A DNA stretch of 64,000 bases, from NCBI GenBank assembly GCA_025355165.1, contig JANYAD010000048.1:15071-79070 (forward strand). Reading direction: 5' to 3'. The stretch comes from Gammaproteobacteria bacterium. GTDB lineage: Bacteria > Pseudomonadota > Gammaproteobacteria > Steroidobacterales > Steroidobacteraceae. The notes under the pieces were generated by a model that saw nothing but the letters and a program-made list of their open reading frames with translations, had not been told where the DNA came from and ran no database searches. Both the position numbers and the translations under genes were made by a program. Of the stretch, positions 19,349 through 29,690 are shown one piece after another; position 1 is the first letter of the stretch, and each line of letters opens with the position of its first letter.

Positions 19349-20098
19349 TCACCGACGTGGCTGAAGTGCCTGGAAAATTGCAGGTTCAGCCAAGGTCCGC
19401 ATTACTGCGTATCCAGCCGAATTAGGATGGACGCCATCCGTGCTGAGGTCCTCTTTCATCCAATGCTTGTCGTTTTGCATGGCCGAAAAATAGTCGACGT
19501 ACACCAGTTTACGGCCACTCGCGTAGCCCGCCATCCAGTTATTGAGCGCGACAATCTTTTCGATGGGCTGAAGCTCTTTTCGCCAGGGGTACTGTCCGGC
19601 GGGCAGAATCGATGAAAGCACTACGCTAACTCCGTTTCTTTCCGCAATATCAACCATCGACATGAGATTGCTTTCTATTTCCTCGACTGTCGTTGGGCCC
19701 AAATTTTCCGCTACGTCATTCGTGCCGGCGAGAATCACCACAACTTGCGGATTGATTGCGATGACATCCTGGCGGAACCGTACCAGCATCTGTGCAGTTG
19801 TCTGACCCGAGATGCCGCGATTCACATAGCTAGCGGTGGGAAAGAATTTGTCAAGGTCCCATCCTTGGGTTATCGAGTCTCCGAAAAATACCACTCTGGC
19901 GCCATGAGTCTTTTGCGACCAGGCAGAGGAATTTGCAGAGCGATACACCGACATGCCGGACCAATCCCGCGTGCTCTCCCGCACTTGTGCGAGTGACAGC
20001 GTCGCGAGAAGCAGGCCGCTCAACAGCATCGCGCCGGAAAGGGCAGCACGGCGGCCTTGAATGCGACTGCTGTGTTCTGCAACCCCCGTAGGACCCAT
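19349..20098 (-). CDS. Secreted SGNH/GDSL-family hydrolase
   Basis: From the ATG at 20098. All SGNH blocks are present: FFGDSITQGW, GISGQTT, ILAGTNDV, DGVHPNSAGY. The N-terminus is hydrophobic (AMLLSGLLLATLSLAQV). Confidence 0.85.
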   Translation of the reverse strand: MGPTGVAEHSSRIQGRRAALSGAMLLSGLLLATLSLAQVRESTRDWSGMSVYRSANSSAWSQKTHGARVVFFGDSITQGWDLDKFFPTASYVNRGISGQTTAQMLVRFRQDVIAINPQVVVILAGTNDVAENLGPTTVEEIESNLMSMVDIAERNGVSVVLSSILPAGQYPWRKELQPIEKIVALNNWMAGYASGRKLVYVDYFSAMQNDKHWMKEDLSTDGVHPNSAGYAVMRTLAEPAIFQALQPRR

Positions 20099-20277
20099 CG
20101 TGCTAACCCCTCTCCAAAGAACGGTATTGTAAAGCCGCAGCGTATACGCTCTGCAAGGTACGCTCAAGCAGGCTCAGCGCGCGCGTTCGATCGGCGCCCG
20201 GATGCGTCGGGCTCGTACAGTGCTGCGGACATAAGGCGCCTGGATGGACGGCAGGTGAACCATCGGGCGACAATAAA

Positions 20278-20601
20278 TTGATGTCCCGCTACGTACCGCA
20301 TCTCTTCGCTGCCGACCGCCGCCCCCGATACATCGTGGTGTGGTCACTTCAGTGGGCCATCATTGAGCGCACCGAGCTAGAAGGGAACTCGAATTTCGAT
20401 GCTGCGATGGCGGTGGCGCTACAGCGGTGGGCGCTGCAAGGTTGGGACGCCGAAGGCGAGTACGATTACGGCTTTGCGTTCTTGCGCAAGGATCGGGAGC
20501 GTCGATTGATGGCAATTACGCCCCGCGATCCGTACGACGAGCGGCCCCAGAGCTTCAACCCGTATCGCAGTCTTGCGATTAAGCCGCCTGCTGACAGTTA
20601 G
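20278..20601 (+). CDS. Hypothetical small protein
   Basis: 107-aa ORF in an otherwise empty interval. I recognise no family. Confidence 0.4.
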   Translation: MMSRYVPHLFAADRRPRYIVVWSLQWAIIERTELEGNSNFDAAMAVALQRWALQGWDAEGEYDYGFAFLRKDRERRLMAITPRDPYDERPQSFNPYRSLAIKPPADS

Positions 20602-20611
20602 ATACCGCGGG

Positions 20612-21259
20612 TCATTGCACTTCCACGGACTCAACAAGCATGACCTCACATGCGCCTGCGCCGGTATCGCTGCGGGACAGCGAAGTGCGTATCCACGTTC
20701 CATCGTCTCGTACGGCGTCAACCAGCACCCCCGTCAAATGCACAATTTGACCCTTCCGCAGTCGCGCCAGCTGGGCGCGTATGGTGGGGTCGGCTGGAAT
20801 AACGTGGGTATTTGCGCTGTGTTCGATGACGTCCTGACGGGGAATGGGCAACTCCGCTTTGGGTCGCCAGGAATAGAATCGCGCTGACTGCGTGATGTCG
20901 AAGGCTCCGAGGACCCTATTGTCGGACATCGGCCCCCAACCGAGAGCGAGGTCTTCGGGCACAAGATCCGAAATTGCATCGAGGCTGTAGGATTCGCGAC
21001 TAAGGATGCGTGCCGTGATGTCATAGCGCGCTCGGGGAGTTAGTTGCCACCGTCCGTGCACCACCGGCGGTGATCCATCTAGATCGGTTTGTAGCGGCTC
21101 CGCCTGCGCAACGGGACCATCAGCAGGATGCAAGGGCCGCAATCGCCATTCGTGCCAACCCTGCCAGAGCGCGGCAACGGTCAACGCGATCCAGAATGCA
21201 TGTCTCCAACCCATGGACCTATGCTGACCCGCCTGCGCGGGCAACGGAGTGAACGCCAT
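20612..21259 (-). CDS. Hypothetical membrane-anchored protein
   Basis: The N-terminal TM is HAFWIALTVAALWQGW, followed by a ~190-aa soluble domain ending ...SDTGAGACEVMLVESVEVQ. The start is ambiguous (21259 or 21214). Confidence 0.55.
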   Translation of the reverse strand: MAFTPLPAQAGQHRSMGWRHAFWIALTVAALWQGWHEWRLRPLHPADGPVAQAEPLQTDLDGSPPVVHGRWQLTPRARYDITARILSRESYSLDAISDLVPEDLALGWGPMSDNRVLGAFDITQSARFYSWRPKAELPIPRQDVIEHSANTHVIPADPTIRAQLARLRKGQIVHLTGVLVDAVRDDGTWIRTSLSRSDTGAGACEVMLVESVEVQ

Positions 21260-21429
21260 CACACTAGGGGAGGTAGACTCCTGGTGTGCCAATGAATTGC
21301 GCAGGATTAGAAAGCAAGCAACGGGTAGATCAGCGGGAGCAGTATGAAATTTGCACATATGATGAGCTCAGAAAGCGAGCGTAGCCTCGGGCGCGGCAAG
21401 CGTAATGGCATTCGAGTGGGTAAAGGGTA

Positions 21430-23106
21430 ATGGCTCACAAACTCCATCTTGCAATCGCGTTGCTATACAGCCTGGCGTTGCCGGCGTGGCCTGACTCCCA
21501 ATCGGCGCCGCCGCCCAACTACCCGATTCTTGCCACGCTTTTTGAACAGTGGCGCGACTTCGAGCACCCGATTCGCAAAGGCCGCATCGCCGATTACGGC
21601 GAAGCTGCGATGGTCGTCAAGGCAACCGCTCTGCCGCAGTGGCGAGCGCGTCTGGAAGCCATCGACACACGCGCCTGGCCGATCGAAGCGCTCAACGATT
21701 ACAAACTAGTCAAGGCGGAGATGAACGGCTTCGACTTCAATCTGCGCGTACTGCGCCCTTGGGCCCGCGATCCCGCATTTTATGTCAGTGTTTGGCCGGA
21801 CCGCAGCGACGTTCCGTCGCGGGAGGGTCCGGTGGCGTACCCGCCTATTGAATTGTTTGCCTATCGTTTCCCGCTTACCGGAGCCGCGCAGCGAGATCTC
21901 GCCGACAAGTTGGCCGCTATACCTGCGCTGCTGGTTGAAGCCAGAGAAAACCTGCGCGCGAGCAATGCCCGCGACCTGTGGGTCTTCGGAACGCAGGAGC
22001 TGCGCAACCAAGCGAGCGCATTGGCAGCGCTGCAGGCCGGAACCTTGACAGTGAGCACGCTCGAGGGCCGGCAACACGCGGATGTCGCCGGCGCCACCCC
22101 TGCTTTGCGCGCCGCGATAACGGCCGCACTCAATGCCACGAATGATTTCATCGCGTGGCTGGTGCAGCAGGGGCCCGGCAAGACCGGAGCGTCCGGCATC
22201 GGTAAAGACAACTACACCTGGTATCAGCAGAACGTGCATTTGGTGCCCTTCAGTTGGGATGAGGAAGTAGTGCTGCTGCGGCGGGAATTGGAACGGGCTT
22301 ACTCGTCCTTGCGACTGGAAGAGCACAACAACCGCCGCTTGCCGCCGCTCGAGCCGGCTTCAGACGCCGCCACGTTTGACCAGATGGCGAATGCGCGCCT
22401 CGATAAGTTCGTTGAGTTCCTCGTCAAGCAAGACATCATCCCCGACAAGCCTTACATCAAAGCGGCGCTGCAGCCGCAGCTCGGGCATTTTATTCCCGAA
22501 GCGCAGCGAGTGTTCTTCACGCGGGTCACACACCGCGAGCCCATGCTGTTGCTATCTCATGATTATCATTGGCTGGACCTGTCACGGATGCGCGATGAAC
22601 CCAACTTTAGTCCCATTCGCCGCCTGGCCTCGCTGTCGAATATCTGGGACACCCGTGCCGAGGGATTTGCCACGGCTTTCGAGGAACTCCTGATGCATGC
22701 GGGCCTTTACGACGACAATCCACGCGCCAAAGAACTGGTATGGATCATGCTCGCCAATCGCGCGGCGCGGGGACTGGCCTCCCTGTACGTACAAGCCAAC
22801 GAAATGAATCTGCAGCAAGCGGGCCAATTTCATGCGACCTGGACACCGCGCGGCTGGGCGGCCGCCAACGATCAGCTTACGGCTTTCGAACAGTTGCTGT
22901 ATTTGCGCCAACCGGGCTATGGAACCAGCTATGTCACTGGCAAGGTATTGCTTGACCGATTGCTGGCCCAGTATGCACATCAGCAGGATCTTGCCGGCAA
23001 GCCATTCGTACTGCGCGAGTTTCTCGACCGCTTCAATGCTGAGGGCATGATTCCCGAGCCGCTGATGGAAACGGAAATGATTTCCTTCGCCGCGCATCTG
23101 CCTTAA
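21430..23106 (+). CDS. DUF885-family secreted protein
   Basis: 558 aa with a signal peptide (LAIALLYSLALPAWP). The C-terminal pattern EGFATAFEELLMHAGLYDDNP...ANRAARGLASLYV...LRQPGYGTSYVTGK matches my memory of the DUF885 core (GWAxYxE...RAxR...PGQAxSYxxG). Confidence 0.7.
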   Translation: MAHKLHLAIALLYSLALPAWPDSQSAPPPNYPILATLFEQWRDFEHPIRKGRIADYGEAAMVVKATALPQWRARLEAIDTRAWPIEALNDYKLVKAEMNGFDFNLRVLRPWARDPAFYVSVWPDRSDVPSREGPVAYPPIELFAYRFPLTGAAQRDLADKLAAIPALLVEARENLRASNARDLWVFGTQELRNQASALAALQAGTLTVSTLEGRQHADVAGATPALRAAITAALNATNDFIAWLVQQGPGKTGASGIGKDNYTWYQQNVHLVPFSWDEEVVLLRRELERAYSSLRLEEHNNRRLPPLEPASDAATFDQMANARLDKFVEFLVKQDIIPDKPYIKAALQPQLGHFIPEAQRVFFTRVTHREPMLLLSHDYHWLDLSRMRDEPNFSPIRRLASLSNIWDTRAEGFATAFEELLMHAGLYDDNPRAKELVWIMLANRAARGLASLYVQANEMNLQQAGQFHATWTPRGWAAANDQLTAFEQLLYLRQPGYGTSYVTGKVLLDRLLAQYAHQQDLAGKPFVLREFLDRFNAEGMIPEPLMETEMISFAAHLP

Positions 23107-23129
23107 CTACCTGATTGTAGAAGATATAG

Positions 23130-25355
23130 ATGCGCAAAGCCGCTGTACGAGCCCTGCTGGGAGTCGGTTTGGTTCTGGCGCTGGCTGCGGCTCAAGCCGC
23201 AGGCCATGCGCCCTTCGAGGTCAAACCCGCGCAAAATGTGCTGCGGCGCTTGCTGGGCGATAGGGCCGCTCAATTCGAGCTGAGCGCGATGCAGGCCGAA
23301 GGCGGTCCTGAACGATTTCGCATTTCAAACGCGGACGGGCGGATTAGAGTTGCAGGCACCAGTCCTAGCTCACTGCTGTTCGGGGTCAATTGGTATCTTA
23401 AATACATCGCGCGCGTCCAGGTTTCAACTAACGGAACTCGGCTTGGTCCAGCGCGCCCGTGGCCGTTGCCCACAGCCGTCATCGAAAGAAAGGCCGCGTA
23501 TGCGTACCGATACGCGCTCAACCAAAACGTCGATGGCTACACAGCACCGTACTGGAGTTGGGCGCGCTGGGAGCATGAGATCGATATTCTGGCGCTGTCC
23601 GGGATCAATGCCATGATTGTTGAGCGCGGCATGGATACCGTGCTTTACAGGGTGTTTCGCGATGTCGGATACTCCGATGACGAGATTCGCGGCTGGATTA
23701 CCCAACCTGCGCATCAAAATTGGCAATTGATGGGTAACTTATGCTGCTTCGACGCGCCGATCAGCAGGAAGTTGTTGCAGAGGCGCGCGATATCGGCCCG
23801 ACAAATCATTGCGCGCCTGCGCGAGCTTGGAATCACCCCGGTGCTGCCCGGCTTTTATGGCATCGTGCCCGCCGATTTCCAGAGAAAATTTCCAGATGCT
23901 CACGTAATCGCGCAAGGCGAATGGGCAGGATTTACTCGGCCCGGGTGGCTCGACCCGCGCGGCCCGATGTTCGGCCAACTGGCGGCTTCATTCTACCGCC
24001 ACCAGCGAGCGCTTTTCGGCGATAGCAGCATCTACGACATGGAGGTGTTCCAGGAGGGCGGGGATTCGGGTGATGTGCCCGTGCCCGAGGCGGCTCGCCA
24101 GGTGCAAAATGCGCTGCAAGCAGCCCACCCGGACGCCAGCTGGATGATGCTGGCATGGCAAGGAAATCCGCGCCAAGACTTATTGAGCGGCGTTGATCGC
24201 CGGCATTTATTCATCATCGATATCGATCACGATCGGGTGCTGCGCGATGATCGGCTGAAGGATTTTCGCGGCGCTCCGTTCCTGTTCGGCGGCATCTGGG
24301 AATTCGGCGGCCGTACGACCCTGGGCGCGAATGTGCAGAATATCACCGGGCGCCTGCGAGGCATTGGAAGTACCAACAGCAACATGGTCGGCACCGCCGT
24401 CTTTACGGAGGGGATGGATACCAACCCGTTTGCTTTCGATTTGTTCAGCGAGATGGCATGGCGACAGGAGCCGTTCGACAATGCTCAATGGACCGCGGCC
24501 TATGTGCAGCGTCGGTACGGTGCCGCCGATCCGTATGCGCTGGCGGCGTGGAATGGTCTGCTGAATACTGCGTACGGCATCCGCGTCGATGACGTCAAGT
24601 TCAACAGCGAACGCGACACGGCACAAGAATCTCTGTTCAACGCGCAGCCCAGCCTCTCGGTAAACCGCGCGTCGAACTGGTCGCCCGAGGAAATTCGTTA
24701 CGATGCCGCAAGATTCCGGCGCGTGCTGCCCCTAATGTTGCAGGTCGCACCGCAACTGCGCGGCAGCGAAACCTACCAGTACGATCTCGCCGATATAGCC
24801 CGCCAGACGTTAGCGAATGAGAGCCGGATGCTATTGCCCCGCATCAAGGCCGCGGTCGATGCTAAGGACCGTTCGCAATACGACACTTTGACCCGGCGCT
24901 GGCTAAATCTGATGGATCTGCAAGATGAATTGCTCGCCTCCAGCCGTTTTTTTCTGGTCGGGACCTGGCTTGGCTTTGTCCCGCCGTGGGCATCGACAGC
25001 GAAGGAGGGCGCGCGTCTGAACTATGACGCGCGCTCGATACTGACAACCTGGGGCGACCGGAAAGCAAGCGATAGCGCCGATCTGCATGATTACGGAAAT
25101 AAGGATTGGGCTGGACTCACGCGCGATTACTACCGCCTCCGCTGGCAAACTTACTTCTCATCGCTCGATGTGGAACTTCGCACCGGCGTCCATGGACAAG
25201 CCATCGATTGGTTCAAGTTGGGCGAGGCGTGGAATCGCGATTCTCACGCCTATCCCACCCGGCCACATGGCGACACCTATCGCATCGCGACCTCGATTGC
25301 CAGATTTTTGCGTCTTGATGTGCGGCTTGCTGAGGTCGCAGACTCCCAAAATTAG
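23130..25355 (+). CDS. Alpha-N-acetylglucosaminidase (GH89, NAGLU-like), secreted
   Basis: 741 aa with a signal peptide. NAGLU-like blocks are NWYLKYIA, YRYALNQNVDGYTAPYWSWARWEHEIDILALSGINAM, PVLPGFYGIVPADF and MEVFQEGG. Confidence 0.9.
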   Translation: MRKAAVRALLGVGLVLALAAAQAAGHAPFEVKPAQNVLRRLLGDRAAQFELSAMQAEGGPERFRISNADGRIRVAGTSPSSLLFGVNWYLKYIARVQVSTNGTRLGPARPWPLPTAVIERKAAYAYRYALNQNVDGYTAPYWSWARWEHEIDILALSGINAMIVERGMDTVLYRVFRDVGYSDDEIRGWITQPAHQNWQLMGNLCCFDAPISRKLLQRRAISARQIIARLRELGITPVLPGFYGIVPADFQRKFPDAHVIAQGEWAGFTRPGWLDPRGPMFGQLAASFYRHQRALFGDSSIYDMEVFQEGGDSGDVPVPEAARQVQNALQAAHPDASWMMLAWQGNPRQDLLSGVDRRHLFIIDIDHDRVLRDDRLKDFRGAPFLFGGIWEFGGRTTLGANVQNITGRLRGIGSTNSNMVGTAVFTEGMDTNPFAFDLFSEMAWRQEPFDNAQWTAAYVQRRYGAADPYALAAWNGLLNTAYGIRVDDVKFNSERDTAQESLFNAQPSLSVNRASNWSPEEIRYDAARFRRVLPLMLQVAPQLRGSETYQYDLADIARQTLANESRMLLPRIKAAVDAKDRSQYDTLTRRWLNLMDLQDELLASSRFFLVGTWLGFVPPWASTAKEGARLNYDARSILTTWGDRKASDSADLHDYGNKDWAGLTRDYYRLRWQTYFSSLDVELRTGVHGQAIDWFKLGEAWNRDSHAYPTRPHGDTYRIATSIARFLRLDVRLAEVADSQN

Positions 25356-25527
25356 CAAACGCACAGACGAGCGTACCGGCGCCGAAAGGTGCCTCGCGAT
25401 GGTTCGCCGATGACAGCACCATCGGTTCGTAAAGAAATTTTCACACTTCTGTCATGCAGCCCCTGCATCCTCGTGTCCCTTTGACGTCCCCAGCGGTTGA
25501 GGATGTCGTCAATTTTGGAGACTTGGC

Positions 25528-28434
25528 ATGCCTCGTAAGAAAACCGCAGTCGCCGCGTTGTTGTTGCTGTTCGCCCAAGGCTTTTACGCCAGCGTGTCCG
25601 CTGCCAGCGATGGTGAAGTGGAAGGGCGCATTCTGCGATCTCGCGATTCGCAACCCATCGCAGGTGTCGCCGTGCAAATCACGGAGACGGGGGCGAAGAC
25701 GACTAGCAGCGCGCAAGGTGCGTACTCTGTCGATCTGCCGCCCGGGGTCTATACATTGGTAGCCGCTCCCTCTGGGGCGCCTCCGATCCAGCGAAGAGTG
25801 ATGGTAGCCTCGGCGAAAACCGTGCGAGAAGATTTTTCGATTGGCGCTGATATGAGCGCTCTGGAACAGATTATGGTGTTGGCTCAACGCACTCCGATTT
25901 CCATCGCGCGAGAGGCGCAGTTTGAGGCGCCTAATTTGGTCAACATCACCACATACGAGGAAATACGCAAGATCCCCGATGTCAGCGTCGCCGAAGCGGT
26001 GCGCCGCATTCCGGGGGTCTCATTGGAAACCGATGAGGGCGAGGGACGCTACGTCAATTGCCGTGGCCTTGACGCCGACTTGAACAGCACGACGTTTGGT
26101 GGTCTGCGTCTTCCTCCCACCAACAATGCATCGCCGTTCAGCGGATACCGCGCGGTGACCTTGGATTCGATTCCCATCGGTCTGGTGGGCGCTATCACCG
26201 TGACCAAATCCAACCTGCCAAGCCAGGACGCCGAAGCACTCGGCTGCACCATCGAAATAACGCCGAAGACGGCGCCGCAAAATGGTGCGCCTTTCATTCA
26301 AGGAAACATCGGAGGGGGGTATGAACCCTTGCGAAGCACCCCGATTATCGATGTGGCGGTGACGGCGGGCGGCAGATTCGGTGGTAGCGGCAAACCCACC
26401 GATTCCGATGTGAACGCCTACAGCGATCGACCATTTTCGGTGGTGTTGACGGCTACCTATTACGATGACAAGCGCGGTTTCGGTGACGTGGAGCCCTCCT
26501 ATTACGATGACACCGCAAAAGGCGCGGTCCCGGCGGCAGGAGCGCATCCTTACGACGCCATCAGTGGCATCGATTTTCGGGACTATGAGCTGCATCGCAA
26601 GCGTCACGGTTACGGCATGGACCTGGGATATCAGCCCGACGCGAACAACAGTTGGTATCTGCGCGCCTTCGATGCCGGATACACCGAGCTTTATGAGAGG
26701 CCATACTTGCATGTAAACATGGACGGCAACACCGTTCAGAACGCAGACGGCAGCATCTCGGATACCTTCAATAGTCCAGGCGCCATTCAAAAGAACTTGC
26801 GCGACGAACGTGAGACCTCGCGGGACCGGGTATTCGTGCTGGGCGGGAAGAATATCCTGGACGGCAATATGCTGGATTACCGAGTAGGGTATACCAAGGG
26901 CACTTACGATAAGTTTTTCGACGTCAATTCCCGCTACGACTACCAGCAGCCGCCGGGCTCGAACATCGCGACCACCTACAATTTAAGTGGTGCAGGTCAC
27001 TCACCTAACATTACCATTGCCGGCGCGAGTTATTTGGATCCAACGCAGTATCTATCGGTGGGCGCGAACAACAGCACCGCGGTGAATTTCGACAAGGAAT
27101 TATCGTTCGCCACCAACTTTGACATGCCCACACATTGGATAGGAGTCGATGCGGAAGATCTCAAAGTCGGTGCGAGCGCGCGTTTGCGCAAAAAGCGAAC
27201 TACAGCCAATAGTTTGTCCTATCCCAACGTTCCGGGTGCAACTCCCCTGCCGCTGTCCGACGTGGCTTCGAGCGGCCCTGAGACTTATTACGATAATCGC
27301 TACCCGATCGGCGTCGACATCGCGCCTGGCTATCTGCAATATCACTTTGGCACCGGCGTCAAAGCCCCAGCCCCTGGTCCCACGGCGCTGTCACCCGACG
27401 TGGTCAGCGATCTGCAGCAGTATCTGGATGCCAAGGAGAATGTCTATGCTCTCTACGGACAGTACCTGTTGCGCAACGGCCCTTTCGAGCTCGTGGGCGG
27501 CGTGCGCGTCGAGCATACGACTGACAAATCCAATGCGTTTCAAGTGCAGAAGACCTTTGACAATACCGATCCGCTCAATCCTATCGAGACCGACACGGTG
27601 ACTCCGGTCACCGCAACCAAGAGCTACACCAATTGGTTTCCGGGCGTGCAGGCAAAGTACGAGATTCAACCCAGGCTCCTTATGCGCGCGACCTGGTCCA
27701 CCACTCTTGCTCGTCCCGGCTTCAATCAGTCCAACGTAGCCGAGACTATCGATTATGGATCGGGCCAGATCGTAGTGGGGAATCCGAATTTGAAGCCCGC
27801 AACCGCCAACAGTTTCGATGTGACCATTGAAAAATATCTTGCCAATGCCGGGGTCCTATCGCTGGGTCTTTTCGACAAGCAATTTAAGAATTATATCGTT
27901 CCCGACCAAACCGGCACGGCCGCCGGGATCGGCGGCTTGCCGTTGAGAATTTTTACCTTCAACAACCTCGAGGCGGCGCACGCGCGGGGAGCGGAATTTA
28001 ACTGGGAGCAGCGCTTCACGGGCCTGCCCGGCTTTTTAGCAGGCTTGGGCGCGAGCGCAAATTACACCTTCGTCGATTCGCGCATCGAAATACGTCCGGG
28101 TGAGTTTTCGACTCTGCCTTCCGCCTCGAAGAACACGTGGAATGTCGCGGGTTTCTACGAAAAATACGGAGTGAACATGCGGTTGTCGGCTTATTCCACC
28201 TCCGCTGATCTTTTTTCAATCGGCAGCCAAAAGTCCGGCGACGTTTACAATTCGACCCGTACTTCAATGGATTTCGGGTCGAGTTACGCGTTTGTCGAGC
28301 ATTGGGCGGGCTATTTCAATGTGAAGAACTTGCTGAATACACCGCATAAGTTCTATCAAGGTTCCCCCGAGCGGGTGATTCAGCGTGAGTTCTATGATCA
28401 GACTTACCTTTTGGGTGTGCGCTTCGACTATTGA
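25528..28434 (+). CDS. TonB-dependent receptor with an N-terminal carboxypeptidase-regulatory-like domain
   Basis: 968 aa: signal peptide, then a CarboxypepD_reg-like strand pattern (GEVEGRILRSRDSQPIAGVAVQI...GAYSVDLPPGVYTL), a plug (NITTYEEIRKIPDVSVAEAVRRIPGVS), a long beta-barrel and a terminal ...GVRFDY. Confidence 0.9.
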   Translation: MPRKKTAVAALLLLFAQGFYASVSAASDGEVEGRILRSRDSQPIAGVAVQITETGAKTTSSAQGAYSVDLPPGVYTLVAAPSGAPPIQRRVMVASAKTVREDFSIGADMSALEQIMVLAQRTPISIAREAQFEAPNLVNITTYEEIRKIPDVSVAEAVRRIPGVSLETDEGEGRYVNCRGLDADLNSTTFGGLRLPPTNNASPFSGYRAVTLDSIPIGLVGAITVTKSNLPSQDAEALGCTIEITPKTAPQNGAPFIQGNIGGGYEPLRSTPIIDVAVTAGGRFGGSGKPTDSDVNAYSDRPFSVVLTATYYDDKRGFGDVEPSYYDDTAKGAVPAAGAHPYDAISGIDFRDYELHRKRHGYGMDLGYQPDANNSWYLRAFDAGYTELYERPYLHVNMDGNTVQNADGSISDTFNSPGAIQKNLRDERETSRDRVFVLGGKNILDGNMLDYRVGYTKGTYDKFFDVNSRYDYQQPPGSNIATTYNLSGAGHSPNITIAGASYLDPTQYLSVGANNSTAVNFDKELSFATNFDMPTHWIGVDAEDLKVGASARLRKKRTTANSLSYPNVPGATPLPLSDVASSGPETYYDNRYPIGVDIAPGYLQYHFGTGVKAPAPGPTALSPDVVSDLQQYLDAKENVYALYGQYLLRNGPFELVGGVRVEHTTDKSNAFQVQKTFDNTDPLNPIETDTVTPVTATKSYTNWFPGVQAKYEIQPRLLMRATWSTTLARPGFNQSNVAETIDYGSGQIVVGNPNLKPATANSFDVTIEKYLANAGVLSLGLFDKQFKNYIVPDQTGTAAGIGGLPLRIFTFNNLEAAHARGAEFNWEQRFTGLPGFLAGLGASANYTFVDSRIEIRPGEFSTLPSASKNTWNVAGFYEKYGVNMRLSAYSTSADLFSIGSQKSGDVYNSTRTSMDFGSSYAFVEHWAGYFNVKNLLNTPHKFYQGSPERVIQREFYDQTYLLGVRFDY

Positions 28435-28505
28435 TCGGCGGCCGGGCTAAAACCATCTTGCTCCTACGTGTCGGGCGAGTGAGGGTCAGTGTCCTGGTTC
28501 AGGAA

Positions 28506-29456
28506 TCACAGTCCTAGGCGGTCGAGCTTGGGCTTCTCATACACATCGTCTTCAGCCGGATAGCGCAAATTCGGAAAACCAGCCAGCTTCGCAAGAGACC
28601 ACAAGATGCTTTCGCCCGCCGGCAGGACGTCCGGCTTCATTGCATAGAGTGGGTCTTGATAAGCTTCAGACGGGGAAATGATTGTGCAGCCCTTGGCTCG
28701 GAGCATCGCGATGATATCCGGCAAGAATTCGGCGTTGATTCTGTTCGTGTGCAGAAGGACGACGTACTTGGCGCCACGGCTCAGTAACTGATGCGATAGT
28801 CCGTCATAGTACATCGTACGATCCCACAGATGAGCAAGATAAGCGGCACGAAATGCAGACGGATCCGCGTGAGCGTGGGCCTTTCTCCACACCGCATACC
28901 GCTGGTTGTAGTACCAATCGCTCGTATCGATACCGACAGCGCCGCTTTGGTAATGATGAGCGGCGAGCCACGCCCTCACGCCGTCTCGCTTCTCTGCCGT
29001 GTTGCCTTCTTTGAGATAGGGAAAGCGAAGCCGAGGGGTCCAGCCAGGCATATCCATAAGAAGAGCTTCGCTTCGTTCAATGTCGGAAATGAAAACATCG
29101 ACTTGGGTGCTCGGCTCATCGAAGTCCAAGTGACTGTAGGTGTGATTTCCAACCTCATGTCCGGCTAGCCCCCAATTCTTTACCAATGTGAGCCCGGCCG
29201 GACTATCGACCCTAACTCCTGCAGCATAAAAAATGGATTTGACGTGCGCCTTAGCGAGGGTATGGAGTATGGCTTGGTTCCACGATGCAGCTTGCGGCTG
29301 CTCTCGCGGATCAAAGCCGTCGTCAAAGCTCAACGCGATGCTCTGTGCGAAACTAGCCGGCGATATAGCGAGAGCTGCCAAGGTGCCACTGGCAAAAATC
29401 CGCAGCACTAGGTGACGGAATGGCTTGGACCTCGGGTACCAGGTCAGGATCGACAT
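28506..29456 (-). CDS. Secreted polysaccharide deacetylase (CE4 family)
   Basis: Signal peptide, then SFDDGFD, HEVGNHTYSHLDF, LRFPYLKEG and VLLH (NodB-type motifs). Confidence 0.85.
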   Translation of the reverse strand: MSILTWYPRSKPFRHLVLRIFASGTLAALAISPASFAQSIALSFDDGFDPREQPQAASWNQAILHTLAKAHVKSIFYAAGVRVDSPAGLTLVKNWGLAGHEVGNHTYSHLDFDEPSTQVDVFISDIERSEALLMDMPGWTPRLRFPYLKEGNTAEKRDGVRAWLAAHHYQSGAVGIDTSDWYYNQRYAVWRKAHAHADPSAFRAAYLAHLWDRTMYYDGLSHQLLSRGAKYVVLLHTNRINAEFLPDIIAMLRAKGCTIISPSEAYQDPLYAMKPDVLPAGESILWSLAKLAGFPNLRYPAEDDVYEKPKLDRLGL

Positions 29457-29690
29457 TATGTGGGTCTCCTACAACAATGATTCTGACAGTGGCCCGCACG
29501 GAGTCGCCCGCGAGGTCTCGGAACACACCAGAGCGTCATGGTGCGCTACCAAGCTCGCTCTGAGTATAAATTGCGCCTCCTGCAATCATGCGGTATTCGA
29601 TCGCTTTGCACGACGCCGCAATTTTGGACTCCAAGATCGGAAAAGGACGGGCGTGCCTGGATCCGGGGTGCGGCTATGGTCGGTTGCGGG

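Noticed and set aside
19115-19615. A 166-aa plus-strand ORF.
   Set aside because: It overlaps the SGNH hydrolase gene in antisense. The hydrolase has all four catalytic blocks, and this ORF has no recognisable features.
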